Positions 28,091 to 41,706 of a stretch of 64,000 nt of DNA are shown here, piece by piece. Location: positions 64,001 to 128,000 of IMG/VR virus record IMGVR_UViG_3300021256_000003. One strand, 5' to 3'. The notes under the pieces were generated by a model, which saw only the letters and a program-made list of their open reading frames with translations, had not been told where the DNA came from and made no database searches. The position numbers and the translations under genes are program-made. The stretch is from a virus (Duplodnaviria > Heunggongvirae > Uroviricota > Caudoviricetes). Within the stretch, counting starts at the first letter, position 1. Each line of letters begins with the position of its first letter.

Positions 28091-31000
28091 AACTCACTTC
28101 GTATATTGTATTTAAGAAATCAATCACTGCTAAATCTTTACCGCTATAGCGGATACGAACTTTCATAAATCTATCTCTTATGTCTATCTCTTTTCTATTT
28201 TGAGCTTCCCCAAAATTATAAACATTTAGATTATTTAACCAATTTGTATAATCAATACTTTTAACTGGGTTAGCATATAATCCCTCAAATGCGTTATCAG
28301 AATTATCCCCAGGATACGGAAATCCTAACTATCCGGATTCTCTAATAGGTTCAGGAATGTTTGTATTAAAGATAGTTATCGGAGGTAATTTCTATGTAGA
28401 ACCATTAGCGTCTACCCATGTAGAATGTTCTGGAATACATAAAGGAGTAGGATCATTGTTAGGTTTAGCATACTCGTTTTTATAAGCAATTAAGATAGGA
28501 TTAATAGTAACTCTCCATTTATCTTCCAAATACTAACAATTGGCTCGAATGATATTTGAAGCGTTATCCTCATCAAGATTATTGAGATTAATTGCCTAAA
28601 CATGATTCCAAATTCTAAATTCCTATCTATAAGGATAATATGTTATTTCAGCTCCAGATAAATTTCTATAATCTTTATTATCAGAAGTTCTACTAGCATA
28701 ATAATCATAAATCTCATTTATAGTATCTTGTCTTTCAAGATAATAACTTATAAGCTCAGCAGATTTATGTTGTTGCTTTGGTTCGACTGTTAGGAAGTTT
28801 TTATTATAATTAATATCGACGCCATTATATTGGAATAATGCCTTTCTCGCTTCCTATCTAAAATACATATTCGGTTTATCTTTTGCAAAATCATAAGCCT
28901 CTCCAACGATTTCGTAATGGAAAGATTCAGGTTCTGCTTTGTTTGCGATAATTTCCAAATTTCTAAATATTTTATGTTGAGAAGAATCACCAATAACTAC
29001 ACATTCAAACTCAAAAGGATGTTGCTCACCATACCAATAAGTAGGATAAATTTCATCTGCGATATCAATTAATCCTGCTTGACCATGCTTCCAGAAATCT
29101 GAAGTTAAAAATTGCTTATTCCATTTAGAAGTGACAGCAATAGTGCTCTTATATATACCTACTTCAACATCATAATAACCGTCAGATGCAGTAAGTTCAT
29201 TTCCTCTTAAATATTCTGCCATTTGAGGATCAGTATTATTAGTAGGAATATGTGCGGTAATTGTACAACTAATATTAAGTAACTAAACTATTTTATTTTT
29301 ATTAATAGGCTTACTTAATAATTCACGCTTACCTAACTTATTTTTATAGATCGGCATATTTGATACATAAGTAAAGTATTCATACTTTCCAGAATCGGTA
29401 GTTAAATCTCTACCATCATAAGGATCAACTTTGTTTACAGAATAATCAGCATATGCATGATTTGCACTATTTCTATAATAAAGTTCAGTCATTAATGCAC
29501 TATATGTCGATATATAATTATAATTAGATCCTAGATAGATTAAATCATCATCTGCTGATGAATATTCACTGTCAGAATTTCTATCGATATAGACAGGAAC
29601 ACCATTTATTGTTATAGATGAAGACGGGTGATGAACTTTCAAACATAATTGCTAAGTAGGATTACCATTTGAATCAATACTATTCTTGATTTCAAAATGT
29701 TTGTAATTTCCATAAATATCTCTTTCTAATTTGAAGTTATACTTATATGTAACATCATTACTAATAGTAGGCAATACAACATCACTTAAAGACAAAGTGC
29801 CAATTACCGGAGATGAAAAATCATATATATTGTTGCTTAATGTAATACCGTGAGCAAATGAATTATTCGTATGACTTATTCCAAGTTTGGCAATCCATTT
29901 AGATACATCTCTGTTAAAACTAAATGGAATATTATCAATGTTTTCCATGAAACTTGGAACCCAGGAGTAGAATGTAATAAATTTCTTTAAAGGAATATTA
30001 TAACATAAATTCCATACATTATCAACATGAGAGTCCAAATTATCATAGAAAGTAAACATTACATCCTGCTTAAAAGCATTATATACTGTTTTAACATTTC
30101 TAATTCCAAGAACTGGAGTTAATTCTCTTTCTCCTAAAGTGATATTATCATTCAAGAATTTCTAAACAGCAAAGTCTGAAATAATTTTAAATTTTCCAGA
30201 TTCATACATCCAAATTTTCTTAGCGACAGTATCAACACCAAATATTATAGAGGATACATCACCTCTTTGAGGAGTCTAAATAACACTATCGGGCCATTGA
30301 GTACCGAATGATTCAGATACAATTGTTAAATCTTTAGGTAAAACGTTATTAGAAGTTATATAAGCATTTCCTGATTTAGCTTGGGCTGCAATCATTTTTT
30401 CATTAATCGGAGCAAATCCTATACCATGTTCGAAAATTACTAATAAATCATCTTGAATATTAAGAATTTTAGTAATTTCACCATACTATCTAGTATAGTC
30501 ACGATAAGTAGTTCCTCTGAATACTCTAAAACTATTTCTAAAAGCATCAGTTATTTGAACATCAGAATACATTATTCTAGTTCCATACCAATTTTTAATT
30601 GCAGGCTGATCAGGCATTTCTACATTAACCCTTTCTGATAGTGTTTTACTAAATCCAAGATTATAAGTAAGAGCATCACTATGCTTAAAATTACCTTCAG
30701 TACTCATTCCAAGATAAGGATAAAATCCTCTCGGATGCCCCATTAAATTAACTTCAGAAACTTCATTACTATCTAAAGTTCTAATATTAAGATTATATTG
30801 AGAACGTACTCTAAAGGTAACCCACATACCTAATTGAACAGCATTAACATCTCCTAAATTAATCAACGCCTATTCTTCGGTTTTATTAGGATTATAATGT
30901 TTTTTCCAACTTTTTCCATCAACAATGGTATCATTATAAGGAGAAGTTGGATCTTGGAAATTTCTATTTAATCGATGAGTAAACTAACAAATATAACAGT

Positions 31001-33905
31001 CTCCACGATATGCTAAAAATGAACAATTTTCATCAAGAGTAGAATCATTAACTAAATTACTAGGATTTAAATAGTAATCAGTTAAATCGTTAATATCAAT
31101 TCTGTCGGTGATAGCATAATAAGGATTAGCATCACTCATTCTAACTTGAATATAATCATCTAAATTTCCACTACTATATTCAGGAACCATAATGTTTATT
31201 GTAGTACAAGGAGCACCATCAAATCCTTTTAGCCCAAGATATGGACCATAGTCTCCACGAACAATATCAGAATTCACTTGATTCCAAGTAGCAAATACAT
31301 CTAAAGGATCACCATTCTCATCCTCAATATCTGCTGCCTTATCACCTTCCTTATTGATTTTAGTGAAATTAGATTTATATTCTTTACCAACAGATTCATA
31401 TCTCCAAGCTTCTTCAGGCCAGCCAGCTCTACTTCTAAATTTCTCGTCTTCAAGCATAACTAATTTACGACCGTCTGGGACAGCTTGAATTTTTACTGTT
31501 TGATAAGTCTCAAATGAGGAGTCATCGGTATACTCTGGAATAAAATAATGTCTTCCTTTATCAAAGAAATAAGGATATCCACCAGACCCTCCATTATCAC
31601 GAAAACTACATTGAGTTTTAGCAGCAGTGACAGTATATTCTAGACCAGTGAATAATTGATTATAATATGGAGCATTTACATCATAATCAGGACATAACGC
31701 AGCATTTACTGTATTATCTTCACTTGACTTTACAATAAGTCTCTAAATATAGTCTGCTCCTAAAATTCTGGAATCATCCTTTTCGACTTGAACTCCGCCT
31801 TCAGGAACAGTGGTATTTCGACCATTAAATATATCAGACTTTCTTTCTTTCCATTTAATTCTATTATCCAAACTAGTAGCTGCACCGACAAGTACAGCAG
31901 TTGCTGTAATAGCTGCTGCAGTAGCAGCTACAGTACCTATTAATACACCAGATGAAACAATGGCAGCGATACCCGCCGCAGCACCAGCTCCCGCAGCACC
32001 TCCTGTAAATATACTTCCTACAACACCAACTACAACTAATGCTGCGATAGCTGCAATAGCACCAATAGTTTTCCAATGAGAATCCTTTTTCTTTTCAAAT
32101 CCAAACCGATATTTAGACATAAATCCTTCGGAAATATAATTTACAAGATTAGAATTCTAATCAAATTCCATATAAGTCTATTCTGCACCAGCAGTTGCTT
32201 TAGAAATTGTCTCTCCAAGAATAGGAATAGTAGGTATGTGTGCATTATTATCAGTAGCGATAGTCAAAGCTTGACATAATGTTAAAGGCAATCTTTTCTA
32301 TCTTACAAAGAAAAATCCTTTAACACCTAAATTTCTTAGTCGTTGTAATGTTTCAGATTCTACTCTGATATCAATACCATGAATTGTATTAGTATCTCTA
32401 TCTGGAGCTAACGAAATTACACCTTTACTATTTTCATACTAGCAAGTTCCTGGAATACCTTCATTGCCTTCCGGGAATTTAATATAATTTGTACTTTCAT
32501 CAGATTGTATAATTACTTCTTTATCATCAGCTTCAAATTCAAAGTGACTGAACTAAGGATACTCTCCCTCTTCAACCTATTTATTAAATTCTTTAATTCC
32601 AATACCACCACGAATGTTAAATACTGGAGTTAATTCATTATTAGAAAGAATATATACAATACCTAAACGATACAAATCATTTTCCCAATAGCCGACAGAT
32701 GAATAAATAACTTGTGGGTCATAGTACCCTTTATTTCTAGACCTGATTGCATAATTTTCATTCATTTCTAATTCATAATGAGTATCTTTTAAATAAGGTA
32801 AGAAACGCAATGAAAGGTCTGACAATTTTTCATAAGGTATTGTCTATTTATGAACATTTGCCAGGAATAACATTCCTTTGGCAGTAGCTTGACTCTTAGC
32901 AGAATCAATAATATTATATTGTAAATTAATATCTTCAGCAGTTATATCTAATTCTTGCTCGAATCCAGTTATAACTATATTACATTGATGTCTGCTGTTA
33001 ACAAGATATTTTTTATCTACCTTTTTATATTCAATTAATGCATTTTGATCTTGCTCAGCATAACTTCTAGAATAATATACTTGAACATATTCATAAGCAC
33101 TATCAATATTTTTTAGCTAAAATAATACTTGTTTGGTACTATTTTCATTTGAAACTCCAGTGTGGATACTATGAGGATGTTTTTCACCAATAAATACACT
33201 AACTAACCCAGATTCTGCAACAAAATCGGTTTCATTGCCATCCTAATCAGTATATTTAAAATAAAAATGATAATTTCCACATTTTAAATTACCACCAAGA
33301 GAAACTCCTTTAAATATTAATTTCGGAATATTATTAACTTTCTTATAAAGCGATGTGTCAATATCAAACTAATCTCCTTGGTCATAGATATTAGTATCAC
33401 CATCGCCTTTTCTATTTATAATCTCATAAGTATTTAATCCAGTTGTACTAAATCTAGTATTTATTAATCTTGGTTCATTTAATCCATCGTTTAATATTAA
33501 ATTAACTGACCCGTCATAAGAATACTATGGAATAATGTTTACTGGATGTTCTAAACTAAAAGATAATTGACTTGTAATAAAATCACAAAGTTCTCCTTTT
33601 AGTCGTTTTATAGGCTATTCCTCTAATTCATAATGATGTTCTACATCAGAATCATTTAAGTCTAATTGATACTATGCTTCATTTAGGTACCAATTGCCGG
33701 AATTATCATCTAAATAATATCCAAACTATTCTTCTAATTCTTCTTGAGTATATAATCCATTTCGATATTCCCACATTGTCTAATCAATGCGATAATTACG
33801 AAATGGATTATATTCCCAAGCAAGTTTTCCTTTAGTTGGAAGTTGTTTTAAATATGTACTAAACGTCTTTGACGATTGTACAGGATTAATCCAGTAGTCT
33901 GACAT
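28083..33905 (-). CDS. Tail stabilisation / muzzle protein (P22 gp10-like, 1940 aa, code 15)
   Basis: ATG at 33903-33905 (TAATG overlap). Fragments 32577, 31743, 30984, 30486, 29652, 29283 and 28854 are in frame. TAA at 28083. C-terminus IRYSGKDLAVIDFLNTIYEVSYA resembles the crAss stabilisation protein end. Confidence 0.75.
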
Positions 33906-36900
33906 TAGAGATTGTTATAATTAAATAATTTATTAGTCATTCCGAAATTACTTATCGATGCTGTCCTGTGTCGAACTGTACTATCGTGTGATACATTTAT
34001 TGGCTATAAGAAGTCAGGATCGATTCTAGTTATTCCATTTTTAATTACAAATGCCTTATTTAAGTCGGAGTATGGAGCTAATTGTAATAAATTAGATGTT
34101 TTACTAGCGTATACAAATCCATCCTATTCAGAATAATTCGATAATATATAAAAATCATTAGATGTGTCTAAGTCACTTACACGATTATCAGATGTTATAC
34201 AGTATCCTTTGTTTTGTTCAATAGAAACACCATCACTATTAACCTACAATAGATTATTTTGATTTGTAAAATCCTGTATATAAACTCCAGAATCTTCATA
34301 GGCATTTAACAATGAATTAACATCATAATTAGTATTATATTTAAATGCAAAACATTGTGTACTTGTTAGTTGTAAAGAGTCAGAATTATCTGCACCAAGA
34401 TTATTTATTGTAAACGGAGACACATTATGTAAGTTGATATCAGATCGATTTGTTATATTACTTTCGCTAACAGTTCGATTTATAATATCATATAAACTAA
34501 TATACACTGAGGTTATATCCTATAATGCTACCATTTGCTGGTATGTACTCTATGCTGAAGAATTAATTGTAATTTTAGAAACTATATCTTTCTACCATAC
34601 TTCTTGATAATCTTCTAATGTTACAAGATTAGTATATTTATACACCTGCGAAGTTTTAAGACCGTCCCAAGTATAAATTTGTCCTAGTAAAGAAGCAACC
34701 ATACTTGCCTAGGTCTAAGGTTTGCCGCTGTCATCTTTCCAATAAATTTTCTAATTCGGTACTCCAGGACCTTGATATCCATAATTATTTCCGTATGTGT
34801 ATACAGCCTCACATAAAGGAACAAGTGTATCTGTTCCTAAATGAGCTTCTATATTATAAGGTGATTCTGTGTTGGTAATACATAAAATAGCTTGCTATCC
34901 AGATGTAAAAATCGCATCTAAATCTTGATTTATAATTCCAGGTAAGTTAACATCATTAGTGCTATTATTCTGTGTTAATGCTCTAGTTAAATGCAATGGA
35001 ATAAATCCATAATCTCCACCTTTGCCGAAATCATTAGTTACCTACCTCATAATACTTTTTAATGACGTGTGTTCTCCACCTGAGATAGTTCCGTCATGAC
35101 TACTATATCCATCACTTAAATCTCCAGTAGCCTAATCATCACACATCCACCATACTTCTTGATTATAACTAGGTGAATAAGAGGTACTTATAGCATCAGA
35201 TAGAGAATTATAAGAAATTTCTTCCAACTAGTAGGCTAAAAGATGGCTAGTATGATCACTACCTGCTCCAGAATAATTATGATATCTATGATACCAAATT
35301 CTTAAAAACAATGCTCGTGAAAAATATGCATTTCCTGGATTATCATGGCTAAGATTATAATGTTTCCAATTATCTTCATTATAAAGCAAACTCTTTAGTA
35401 TTTTACAATTATTATTTAATATACTAGAATAAGCATAAGCTTTACTATAACATATTCCTTTTAATTTAAGAGCAAATCCAATTCCATTAGCAGCTTCTTG
35501 TCCTCCTAATTCTGTATATTCAGTAGTAATTGACTGATTTTCTCCAGCTTCGTCGATATACTAGAATGAATCTTGATTAGATGTTTTATCAAGAACTTCT
35601 AATGAAAACCAATCTTTAAAATTTTGATAACTATCTGCAGTATAATAAATATCTGCATTCTAATTATTTTGATTTATTTGCGAAACTAGAGTCTCATGAT
35701 TTTTCAAATGTTCTTTAATAGGTGTGTCGTAAGATGAACTATTTAATTCATCTGTAGATGCAATAACAGGCTTTATAAATTCTTTATTGAATTTATCTCC
35801 GTCACTATAGATATGTTGTAAATCATCAGGAGTAATTTCTGTGTTATTTTTAGTAAGTATTATTTTTGGATTATTCGTAGCTACTTTAATAGTAAGCTAA
35901 TTATAATAGTTGGTATTAAAAACAAAATTAGCTTGATTAGCAAATCCAGGTTTGATATTTAAATAAATAAGCCCTGTATTACCATTAATGGCCTGTTGTA
36001 CGCTTTCTTTAGAATAATTTGGAGAACTATTATTATAATAGTTTTCATAACGTCTAGTCCAATTCGGTAAATTCTCTAGATTAAATCTAATACCACTTGT
36101 TGTTCCAACTTCAACTAAACCTTCATTATTTAAAGTAGATCCTGGAATATTATTTAATAACCACTACGAATACATATTTTCATAACCAATAGAGGTAATC
36201 TATGCTCCTAAAGATTTATGATTATAACTTACTGGCATTTCCACTAAAAGATTCTGATTAAAATATGTAGTGGATAATTCTTTCAAATCTCTTCCATCTA
36301 ATGAAATTTGTGCTGACAATTTTAAAGGAAGAGGTAAAACATCAAAATCATTTGTATGCTATTTATCATTATAAATACCATTATTCCATAACCATCTATG
36401 ATATATTTTCTATTGAGGCTATCCGCTTTCTTTATAATTAATTGTAATAGTTACCTGATATAATCTTCCATAGTACAGGGTTCCTGCGTCATTCTTAAAT
36501 ACCTTAAATAGATGAGAATATTGTGGGTCCTCATAAGCAGTTTTAAGAACTTCTGAAAAATTAGGAGGAAGGAGCTAAATATTAGGAATATTGTGTGAAG
36601 GTGGAGTAGCACTTAAATCAAAATAAACAGGACTTCTCATCCTCAAACCTTGTAGGCTTCCCTATTCAATCATTGAAGTTAAAGAGTCATCGGAAGGATT
36701 TGTGAATTTATAATAGTTTAAAGGATTTCCTTGACTATCCTTAAATATTACATAAAGTGCGGAAGCATGTCGTCTCATAGAGAAAGCATCGCCACTATAA
36801 GAATAAACAATTCTGTAATCATTAAGATTATTATAGTCAACTTCATCAACCGGGATATAATGAGAGAAACGAATATTGTTTTCAGAGTAGCTGATATTAG

Positions 36901-38644
36901 AATTGCCTCCAACAGAATTTAATGCAATATATTCAGTAAACTAACCGTTATATGATTCGTAATTAGAAGCAGTGAATCTTGCTGCGTGACCCATAAAGTC
37001 ATAAAAATCCATTACTACTGAAGTAATTTCTCTAACTTCACTGCCTAAAGCTGTTTTTAATCCCCAAGTTAATTGTAAAGCGTTGGGAGTTACAGAATAT
37101 TTCCAATGAGTTAATTCGATTCCGTAATTATACTGACTAAAATCAATAACTGCAGAAACTGCTAAATCATCTAAAACTCCATACTCCATACACGGAGCAA
37201 CTGTAAAAGTAAATGCTCCTTTATATGTATAACCCGACGATGTTTGTGTTTTAGGAATCTTAACTGTTCCTATAAAAGTTAATACATCGTCATTAAAGCG
37301 ATTGACAACTATATCAGCAGGAATTATTTGTTTTTCTATTTTAGTACCGTCTGTAAAAGTTTCAGTAAAAGTCAAGTCGTCATCGTATTGATAATTATCT
37401 TGAGTTGATTCAATTGAAACTATATCAGAATATCCGTCTACTATATTAAAATAATTATTTTGATGAAACTCTTCATAAGTTGTTACAGTTCTTGGATTAT
37501 ATCGAGTTGTTACATCATTATAAGCATCGTAAATATCGTAAGTATATTCATAGACATCAGTTCTATTTCTATTATCACTAATTCCTTCATCGTTATCCCC
37601 GTTAAATTTGGTTTCTTCTATTACAGTATTTTCTTCATTATATTTAACAAATGTAAAATCCTTTATATCATTAGTTTTACTAATAGAAGCATCAGTAATA
37701 ATAAGCCCAATAGGATTAACATTTGGATTATCAGTATCCCATGAACTACTTAAATATATATCAAAATAATCGAAATCATCACTAATTTCGTGAATATGAC
37801 TACTTTTAGTAATTTTATAAGAAGTACTAAATGTATTAATTCTTTCTAGATCAATTAGTAAAGCTAGTTTGCCAGAAACTTTACTCTAAAAGACAGAATA
37901 TGCACCGTTTACTGAATTTCTATAAGCATCAATATCGGGAATATTATTTTCGGAAGTATTTTCTGGAGCTTCTTTGAGAAAATACGGTCCTTTATTATTA
38001 TACTCATACCATTGTACAGAAGAATCTAAATAATTAATTTTTCCAGAGTCCTCAATTCCAACTAAACGGATTCTCATCAATTTTGGCCAGTCTAATCTTG
38101 TAGAATCATTTGATTTTGACGGATTTCCAAAATTACTAGTTGTTGAATAATTTGTATTATTAATACTGTCATCATCCCAATGTATAACAAATTTATCACC
38201 AGGATTTAAACTATTAACAGTTAATAATTTTTTAGTTGAATATTTATGTACTTTTCCTGTAGGAATATTATTATCATCTAACTCGACAAATTCATTTTCA
38301 CTTAATATAGGAGTAAATTCACTTAAATCGTCGCTTTCAATGTTTCTTTCAGGAGAAGGAAAACATCCAATCTATGATTTATTTTCTAATGGATTATAGG
38401 AAACTATATAAATAATCCCTCCAAATGAACAAGTACCTACTGGAATATAACCTTGCGGAAGAGAGGCTGTTTCTACTCTTCCGTTACCCATATCATTTTG
38501 TAATGAAAATTCATTACCATTATAAGTAACAAGGGTTGCATTCAAGGCATTAGATAGACAACTGTCAGGAGTATTCGTAGGAGATAAATCCATTACTAAT
38601 CCATTTTTAAAATAATTAGTCTAAGTCTATAATTTTTGTGCCAT
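33905..38644 (-). CDS. Large tail protein with stabilisation-protein-like N terminus (1579 aa, code 15)
   Basis: ATG at 38642-38644. N-terminus NGLVMDLSP...LSNALNATLVTYNGNEFSLQNDMGNGRVETA. Fragments 38372, 37886, 36941 and 34244 are in frame, and the 34508-36940 gap reads openly with TAG=Gln. TAA at 33905. Confidence 0.72.
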
Positions 38645-39248
38645 ATTTTTTTCTTAACTATTTAATTCTTCTATCTAATAATTCATATTCATAATTACTT
38701 GTTAAAACATCGGATAATTTTTTCGGAGCTCTTTCTTCTATTAGTTCGGCTTTATCTGTTTCATATTCTCTATAAAACAATATTGCTCCAGCCTCTACAG
38801 GTCTCTCTAATCTAAAAAGAGCAGGTTTGTTAGAATTTAATAAATCACATTCATCCTTGCATTTATACGCATATAGATTAGTGAATTTAAATTTTTTTCG
38901 AGGCCTTCCTTTTTTATTTTGCTATGCTTTGTAGGCATCATACTAAGATTGATTTAACGCAAAATAATAATATCCGTCATAAGGTACTTTATATCTATTA
39001 TATAGTATTCTAAGCTTAATTGCTAACTTACGTCTGTAATAATCATGCCATTTTAACGAATCGAACATGAGTTTACCACAGTAAAGCCAGAATTTTTTAG
39101 ATCCAATACAAACATCGGCACCATAAACATTATGTAAATAAAAAGATTTCCATCCAAATTGAAGAATTTTCTTAATATCACTTTTTGGAACACCTGGAAA
39201 TTCCTAATACATCTGTTCATAGTAGTCCTATATAGTTTTTTCTATCAT
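38616..39248 (-). CDS. Conserved crAss structural-module protein, IHF/HU-like by synteny (210 aa, code 15)
   Basis: Fully hand-translated (MIEKTIQDYYEQMYQEFPGVPKSDIKKILQFGWKSFYLHNVYGADV...). Five TAGs, TAA at 38616. Absent from the ORF track. Confidence 0.6.
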
Positions 39249-39345
39249 ATAACTTAAAAGATTTGATAATCATAATAATCATTAACTCTTTTATTAGTAC
39301 ATATAATTATGATTAAATCAAAATGTAAAAGGCACTTTTATAAAT

Positions 39346-39789
39346 TTAATAAGAAACTCCTTCGTTAGTTCTTTCAGTTATACGATTCCTTTGAGCTGTA
39401 CTTAAATAAATACGTTTTTTTCTCTAAGCAGAACTTGATGCGTTTAATACTAGACACATCTAGTAGCCTGTAAAAAAAGATTTAATAAAATCTACATCTC
39501 TCCACTTACCCATTTTAAAAGCCTTCTTAAATGTTTCACCTTCTATGCGATCCATGTACATATAAGAGGATCCTCGTCCGACAATTGGTAATTTAAAATG
39601 TACATTATTTTCTATTATATCATTAACTACTAATTCAACACTTCTAGCAAATATAATAGCACAGAAATCTCTTTTACTTCCATCTGAATACCATTTTGGT
39701 ATATCTTTCGTCTTTATTTTAAGACGATTTAATTTCATATTATCAAACAATTGCTTTAACGAAAAAGCGTGTCCTAATGCAAGTCTCAT
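39346..39789 (-). CDS. IHF/HU-like DNA-binding protein of the crAss structural module (147 aa, code 15)
   Basis: Track ORF 39460..39789 extends through TAG to TAA at 39346. Basic protein in the syntenic position of the crAss IHF-like genes. Confidence 0.6.
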
Positions 39790-39800
39790 AAAACAAATAA

Positions 39801-39829
39801 AGGGAATCTAAGCTAAAGTCAGATTCCCT
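39801..39829 (-). terminator. Rho-independent terminator (putative)
   Basis: Inverted repeat agggaatct/agattccct directly after TAA 39836. Confidence 0.6.
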
Positions 39830-39835
39830 CTTAAA

Positions 39836-40531
39836 TTATAATGTTGGTTTAAAACTATAGCCCTTCTTTTTTCTATTCCACGATGCTTTTGTGTCGAGTA
39901 TTTTATCCATATCATTTTGTGAAATATATTCAGGAACTCGTGCAGCATCACAGTGAATTAACCACTAAGATTTTAGATCTTTAGCCATAGTAAAAAGATC
40001 TTTATTATGTGTTTTTATAGCCTCTTTATATTTCTAGGTATAAGCTATATATTCGGCTATAGCTATAGCCTCTTTATCATTAATATACGGAAGGCCGTTT
40101 TCATCAGCCATCAACTTATGATAAAGTAATGCAATATGACCGAAGCCTTTGTTGACATAGATATAATTGCCTTCACGTCTATATTTTACTAGTTTACCAC
40201 GTTGATAAAGCGGGTCTAAAAATGTTTTTTGGCCTTCAATATAGTCTTCAACATAAGAAGAATTTATATCTCCAAAATTATAAATATCACTAGAATATTG
40301 CCAATCTTCTGGTCCTATATATGTAGCGACTTCAATCATATCACAATCGCAGGGTAATTCTGCTCTCTACAATTTACAGTCTATAGGTAATATTGCACGT
40401 GCTAACTCAGTTTGTTTATTTCCAATAAAACGATGAGCGACTAACCCAATTTCCTCTAGGTCTTCAGTATCACCTTCTACATCATAAAGTAATTGTGCTA
40501 ACGTTATAGCATAATGAAAATCTTCCTTCAT
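39836..40531 (-). CDS. Tail tubular / ring protein (231 aa, code 15)
   Basis: ATG at 40529-40531. Contains track fragment 40034. Motif LYHKLMADENGLPYINDKEAIAIAEYIAY and C-terminus WNRKKKGYSFKPTL. TAA at 39836. Confidence 0.7.
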
Positions 40532-40533
40532 AA

Positions 40534-41235
40534 TTAATTAGCAGTTGTATAGGTTTGATCATTAGGTCTAAGAGGAGCAGCAATTTGTCTATAATAATAT
40601 AATTTCTCCTTAGTTAATTTATCTTTAATCATTTGTGAAATATAGGATAGATTATTATCAGGACCCGTTAAGGAATATTCATCCTATTGACAACATGAAT
40701 AATTTTCAATTTGCCTAGGATCTTTAAATATTCCAACAACAGAAACTTGTTTAATTAAAGGAGCGTTAAAAATAAAACAATCTAACATTCCTCGGCTATT
40801 TGGAGCAAAATCTATCCAAACATATGGTTTATTAGAACCACGTTTTCTATATTTATGATTTTCTAATTCTGAAAGAGATGTTATAACTCGAAACTTATTT
40901 TTTCTATCAGTAGAGCCGATGTAATCAATTGCCTATACCCCAAAATTATACATAATTTGAGGAATTTCAAAATGTGCAACAAGTGTATCATCTACAGAAC
41001 CTCTGCATTTACATCTTTCTAAAGATTCACAATCGACATCAATACAGTTAATGGCAACTAATAAATCTTTTAATGGAAGACGGCCTTGTCTAAATTCTGA
41101 CTCTATAATAAAAAGTCTAGTATTGACAATTTCATCAGCTAACTAATCCATATTCATAGATAAGTTTTGATGATAGCCTCTCAATCCAGAAAGTACGTCA
41201 TTTTTTATGGCACTAGCTAGCTTTTCTATATACAT
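40534..41235 (-). CDS. Ring / head-tail connector protein (233 aa, code 15)
   Basis: Hand translation: MYIEKLASAIKNDVLSGLRGYHQNLSMNMDQLADEIVNTR...VSVVGIFKDPRQ. Absent from the track. TAA at 40534. Confidence 0.65.
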
Positions 41236-41651
41236 TATTCAGGACATTTTGTAAATGGTTTACAGAGTGTACGCTTTTGACAAGTTATATCACTGCAACA
41301 TAAACCACGATAATAATTTAATTCAACTGACACATTAGCAAGTTCTGCTCTATTTCTGAGAATTTCTGCTTGAGCTTCGTGAATTTTTTGATTATATTCT
41401 TCAGCGTCTTTCACACATTCATCTTGTAATTTAGAATAGGCTTCATTAATTACCTATAATCGTTCCTCAAGAAATGTATAACTTTCTTTAAAATGCTAAT
41501 CACGAACAAAATGTATCGTATCCTCAGTTTTAGTAGCTTCTGCGTTATTTTTTCTTCTTTCACTACCTACTTTAACAAGTTGAAGAATTAAAGCTCCTAA
41601 TCCTCCTCCTCCTAAAATTAGGCCAATAAGTTCAAGTATTGTAAGTGTCAT
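41235..41651 (-). CDS. Membrane protein, putative holin-like (138 aa, code 15)
   Basis: N-terminal hydrophobic helix (ILELIGLILGGGGLGALILQLV), a coiled-coil body and a Cys-rich C-terminus (LCCSDITC...LCKPFTKCPE). Two TAGs. TAA overlaps the next ATG. Confidence 0.45.
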
Positions 41652-41660
41652 ATTTAAAAG

Positions 41661-41689
41661 AAAAGGCGGGCGTTATACCCGCCTTTTTT
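41661..41689 (-). terminator. Rho-independent terminator
   Basis: GC-rich inverted repeat aaaaggcggg/cccgcctttt after the 336-aa structural gene. Confidence 0.8.
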
Positions 41690-41706
41690 AAACATTATTT
41701 CAAATC

